A stretch of 64,000 bases of DNA, taken from contig OZ281495.1 of NCBI GenBank assembly GCA_965637545.1, forward strand, positions 20,646,001 through 20,710,000, written 5' to 3'. The notes beneath the pieces were generated by a model. That model saw nothing but the letters and a program-made list of their open reading frames with translations, searched no databases and was not told the DNA's origin. Source of the DNA: Phallusia mammillata (Eukaryota). The number at the start of each line of letters is the position of its first letter. Position 1 is the first letter of the stretch. A program made the position numbers and the translations under genes. Below, piece by piece: positions 58,962 through 64,000 of the stretch.

Positions 58962-59837
58962 CTGTAAGGGATAAAAATATATTTTAGCTAAATATTTTTT
59001 GTGGCACATTCCCCATGAATATACATGCTTACCTTCAATGCTTTACATGAGCTTCTGAATGTTGTTTCTTTGTACATACAGATATATACAGTATCATCTG
59101 TAGATGGTCTTGGTACATTTGTATTGCATTGAACAGTGTTCTTCACAATAGTAAATTTATTGTCATCTTAAAATTTATTCAATACAAAATTGTGGATATA
59201 TAATGCTTGTTGCTTGGTGTAAAAGTTGCATAGGCTTTGTTTGGATAAAACAGAAGCAAAAGGCAAGCAAAAATATGAAAGTTAGTTTATATGGAGCACC
59301 ACAGGCAACTACCACACTTAAAATGTGAAGCTACTATCATAAGAACTCACAGTAGCCAGGTTTGCTAATTTCCGTTAGGTGGCACACCCAAATATTTTTA
59401 ATGCACTTTGTGTAAAAAATGCTGACGGTAAGGGCTATAAGGGTTGGGCTGAGGTTTTATAATTATAACAACAATAAAATCAACCCCAAACCCAGTTTTT
59501 TATGTTAAATTTAGTCCCTAACCCTATCCCAGTCTCACTGGTAATTTAAATAAGTGCACTCTTTACACCATCTATCGCTATCCAGCAAAACCTTTTCTAC
59601 TGTGAGTTCTTACATTAGCATCTCTACCCGCTTAAATGGGGTACCAAATACTGCAATTACTGTAAGAGTACTACAAATAGGTAAAAAATAAGTGCAGAAA
59701 AGAAACAAACTTGTCCAGGAAAAAAATGCCTGGGGAAGTGGTTTCTGAAACCAGTCGATGTGTATGTTGTCGGATGTCTAATTTAACTTAGATTTAATAA
59801 ATCCAACTATTTTAGACAAAAACTTGTCGGTGTTCTT

Positions 59838-61893
59838 CTAGGGATTTGGTGATTTTGTCACTTTTTTTAATGATTTTCGGTTGAAGTCCACTGTTGAATA
59901 GGATGGTACGTTCTGTTTGCTTTGAGCAAGATCACAATCTGTGACAACCATATCTAGCACACTGTCAAGCAAAGCAGAACAATCTGCTGTACGTTGTGTT
60001 GCTTCATCTTTACACTTCGCCTCTTTGGAGGACATTCCAAGACTATACTCCAATGTATGTAGCAATTTATCTAAATCAGCATCTGTTTCTTGTATTTGTG
60101 AAGGTAAAGAGTGCAGGGGAAGTTTAGTTCGTGGCTTCAATGTAGGTGTGCGTTGTTGTAAAGACGTTATTTGAACCCGATTTGCAGGTAATGGTGGTTT
60201 TCTTGGTGGTTTCAGTGGAGGTGAAGTGGGTGCTTTGCTACTTTGAACAGCCCCAACTTGATGTCTAAACATATCAAATCAAAGTGTGATGTGCTGTTCA
60301 AAATAAAATTGTCAAGTGGACAATGGCAGGTACTAATACTACATGGTATTCTGGTTAGAATACAGAATAGTGTGTAAAATTTGAGAATAAAAGCCACAAC
60401 AAGAATAAATTAGACCACATTCGAGTATTATTTCAATTACAAACCCTCACCCAACCCGAATAGCTTTAACCGTCAGCGCATTCAAAAGTCTGCAAAATTA
60501 TAGTTTTCATAAAAGCCTATTCAAGTCTTTCAAGTACCTTAGAGAGGTTTTCTATAAGCAAGTACAAGTGTCATAAACTATTGAATGTACAAGAGAAAAA
60601 TGTATAGATAAAAAACCTTGGAAAGGGTTGACGGATTTTATGCTGGGTTGTTATAGAGTTGGTTGTATTCTTTTCCATAGGATTGTGATCTTGCGATGGC
60701 TGAAATAAAGCAAACAATACAATTCTAGCAAAAGCATGAAAATTGAAATGCAAACATTGTACCTTGGGAAGACTTTCTGTTACTCCAGTATAGTAGTCCA
60801 AAACTTGAAAGAGTTTGTAAGCATCCATGTCAAGAGTTATAAAATCATATGTTGCTTCACCCATTGGAGATCGTCTTCCAGCAGTTACAGAAAAACTATT
60901 GGCACTAGGTGATGAATAGCTTCTGATAAACATTATTGGCCAAATTGCAATAACTGTCAAATCATTCTGCACAAAAAAGTAAAAAATATATATTTATATC
61001 TCATTATTTTAAAAGGAATTTGACTCTACCTTAAGAGCAAGTTTTACAGTTTCAGGAGTAAAATGCATGATGCAATGGACTTCAGCAGCTCCAATTTGTT
61101 GAAAGACTTTGGTTCTTGTTGTCTTTACAGTAAATTTGTTTCTTTCACAGCCAGAAGGAAGTTTTGTCAGGCCCTTTTAGAACAAACAATGAATCTGATT
61201 TGTATCTTGAGAATTTTGAAATAATTGCATTTATAAGTTTAGTTTTAAACTTGCTTGCATTAAATTGTTTTTTAAAACTTAATTTAAAAAAAAAATGTTT
61301 ACACACCAGTTTGAAGAGTGGAAAATCAAAATTAAAAACCTGTATGCACTTCATCCAAACTGCTGCTTCTTCCAATGATCTCATGTTCATTTGTGTAATA
61401 TTGGTGCATGGGTTGCTCAGTCCATCATTAAACTCCTTTAATCGTAGTTGGTATGATTTGTTTGCACAGATTTCCAAGAAAACACAGTATTTCCAAGGCA
61501 GGAGTGTCAATTTTTCTAAATTTTTAGCAGTAGTACAAAACAAAGCTATTGAGTAACCCACCACAAAAATGTTTAAGAGCGTTCACTGGCCAAGTTGAAA
61601 TCTTACATACCTTGAATCAATTCTTTACAGCACTTTGGTTTCTTGGGAAAAAATCGAATTTCAATGCCACCACTAAAAAGGGTCAGTGTGGAAAACCTAA
61701 AAAAAATCAAGTACGTAAAACAGATTTTCTGTGTCAAGGTATAAGGTTAAGTTTAGTTTAGTTATTGCAGTAATAAATCTTGGCAAGTTATACCATTTTG
61801 TCAAACTACATACCTTGTTTTGAGTTTTGTTTGCTTTGAATTATCACTTGGTCCAATCACTTGCTTGTCCAACCATCCCTCACATAAAAGTCT
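59838..61893 (-). CDS. PH + IRS-type PTB domain adaptor (DOK/IRS/FRS2-like) with Pro-rich tail; 5' end not resolved
   Basis: Exons 61893-61814, 61696-61611, 61545-61340, 61173-61030, 60966-60763, 60699-60617, 60264-59838; phases match. A further exon at 62599-62570 is possible. PH-like start LCEGWLDKQ and end SLEEAAVWMKCIQ. PTB-like WPIMFIRSY...FSVTAGRRSPMGEATYDF...LFQVL. Tail PPLKPPRKPPLP and YSTVDF. Confidence 0.72.
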
Positions 61894-62040
61894 CTGCCAA
61901 GTAAAATTGTGTTTAGTAAACCAGTCTACTTTCTAACATTAGAATAACAGGTATGCTGTCTACTACAGCCTATTTCTGTCTCAATGATTTCAAAGTTACA
62001 TTTGTTTAAATATGAAAGCTCATTTTTGCAAAGCACCTGT

Positions 62041-62296
62041 CCAGTCTGCAGAGTGTGGCAGCTGCCCGAGCGATTTTTTTTTGAAAAAAAATTTTTGCAC
62101 GCCAAGATTTGGGTTTGCACGTGAAAATTTTGCACAAAGGGCATTTAATTGGGCTGTTTTGACCTCTTTTACTTGCTTTACGCCTGCTGAAGTTGGTCTT
62201 GCACGCGAACTTACGGGTCGTGCACGCGCGCACGCGGGACATGTAGGTCCTGCATGCATGAGATCTCGTCGGGAACTGCCATGTTCTGCAGACTGG
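62041..62296. mobile_element. 256-bp GC/CpG-rich MITE with 8-bp TSD
   Basis: Perfect 12-bp TIR CCAGTCTGCAGA / TCTGCAGACTGG. Perfect TSD GCACCTGT at 62033-62040 and 62297-62304. Confidence 0.88.
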
Positions 62297-63375
62297 GCAC
62301 CTGTATCAGCTCAAAAGTTTTGTATGCTAATATTTTTTCAAATAAATTTTATATTCATAAACCCAACTTCCAAGCCATGAGCAATGTTTTATTCCAGTAT
62401 ATGAGCAAAATCTATTGTTTGAGTACACATGTAAATTAAAACAAAAAACATCAATTTGTCTACACTGTACTGCACTATACAATGCATCAATCAACTGTGG
62501 TTACTTACACTTGTATATTCTTTTGTATTCATGATGTATAAATTTCAAAAGTAACCAATTTTTTTTCACCAGGCACAGAACATCATCAAGCACATTATGC
62601 TAATTATCGTTGTATCAGCTTATCAAAACAGCTGTGGAAATAAGCGATAAACGAAAAACAGCTTTCCTAACCACAAGCATCACAAACGCTTGAGGCGATA
62701 AACAAGACGAAAAAGTAGGCCTTATATTAATCCGAATTTTCGCACAACAAGTCTCGCCAACCATGAAACATGTCGTAATATTGTAGTACAAATTATACAA
62801 ACAACTGTTTATGCAAATAACTCTTATCATGGTTTCAGTTTTAGTGTAAAAAATATTCCATCTGCTTTTTTTCACACGAAATTGTTTTGTCAGCAGACTT
62901 TCATTTGTTTGCTTTGTTGGCTGAGCCGGTGAAAACCCTTTTCTGAAAGTACATTTTTTTGTCACGGAAAAAACACTTCTACGATGATGATTGGAAATCG
63001 AAATAAATTTCTTTCCTGGAATAATTTGGTACTAAACAATAAATATTGTAAACACAATGCAAATTGCAAGACCCGCACCAGAAATATGAAAAAAGATACA
63101 GTCGCACAAGTGTCACAAATCTGAGCTTCGTTTGCGAAACAACTACTAGCCTACTGGTTTTCAGACTCTTCATAATTTATGCACTAAAATGTGGGGAACA
63201 ATCTAAAACTACCAGCCCTTTAAGCCTACATTTAGCTAACCTAGGCCGAGTATCAATACCAGATTGTAGAGGCAATTTAATTAAGCTACCTTACCCCAAC
63301 CACAATAAACCAAAAAACACTTTTAACGGACTAAGTTGACACAGCGGGCTGGGTAGGACTGATCGCGCTAAATCT

Positions 63376-63521
63376 CAATGATGGGGAGATTCGAGTCACC
63401 TTTTTTCCAGGACTTGACTCGAGTCTCAGCTTTGAAAAGACTTGACTTAATTCGAGTCTCAGCTGTTAAAAGACTTGACTTGGACTCGTAACACCATGAG
63501 AGTTGACCTTACTCGGACTCG
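63376..63521. repeat. GACTTGACT/CGAGTC motif cluster, probable DNA-transposon end fragment
   Basis: About 2.5 imperfect 31-34-bp units (AAGACTTGACT..CGAGTCTCAGCT) after a CAATGATGGGG start. No partner TIR seen. Confidence 0.45.
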
Positions 63522-64000
63522 GTAGGCCTATAGGCCTAATTTCTCGACAGATAACCTGTTCAGTTGGCTTTAAACAACTAAACAACAGCAGTTTACTGTG
63601 CTATGCGTAGTTATTTTTGCCTAATTTTCAGGTAACGAAGTCGCTGCAGCGCTGATAGAATGCTATCATGGAAAAAAAGCATTTTTTCGCTGGCATTAAG
63701 CGTTGCAGTTGCTGCATGCAGCAAAAACAGGATTTTTAGGTTTTCTAAAACTCCAAAGTATAGACGTTCTTGTCCACGCTGTTAAATGAGTATTAATTAA
63801 CGTACATTGTCACTATTACTTAAGTTAACTTTTATGTTTTAGGGTAAAAAATGTCGCGATGAACCGTTCCTAACCTTTAAGAACTTTCTTTCAAGAACTT
63901 TTTAGGAATTGAGGGTTTAATCTATTTTTATGTAACCTCTGTAGGCTACCTACTGTCATTATTAAAACAATAACCTACTAATATTAATGCCCACATTTCT

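Overview
AT-rich eukaryotic genomic DNA with compact GT-AG introns. It is most likely an invertebrate chordate (tunicate-like); this is inferred from gene content and patchy CpG depletion, not proven. I assembled eight spliced protein-coding genes by hand with consistent intron phases: (1) SIK3, minus strand, 3' end runs off the window; (2) a type I membrane protein with a single mucin CysD/WxxW domain; (3) a CXorf65/C22orf15-family gene; (4) a mosaic secreted protease with 2 trefoil domains, a 366-codon low-complexity exon and a trypsin domain; (5) an APP-family gene with two tandem Kunitz domains and an acidic tract next to the membrane; (6) a trypsin + CUB protease resembling ascidian acrosin/ovochymase; (7) SNRK; (8) a PH + IRS-type PTB adaptor (DOK/IRS-like), start codon not found. 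Non-coding DNA carries at least eight short TIR elements with 8-bp target-site duplications (one nested in another), two copies of a tRNA-derived SINE, and a Helentron/HINE-like element with 128-bp tandem repeats. I found no CRISPR array, rRNA or intact tRNA gene. The most unusual signals are the double-Kunitz APP, the trefoil/low-complexity/protease fusion, and the fact that APP sits directly between two trypsin-like protease genes. No database searches were run, so comparisons with human proteins are from memory and novelty is unconfirmed.
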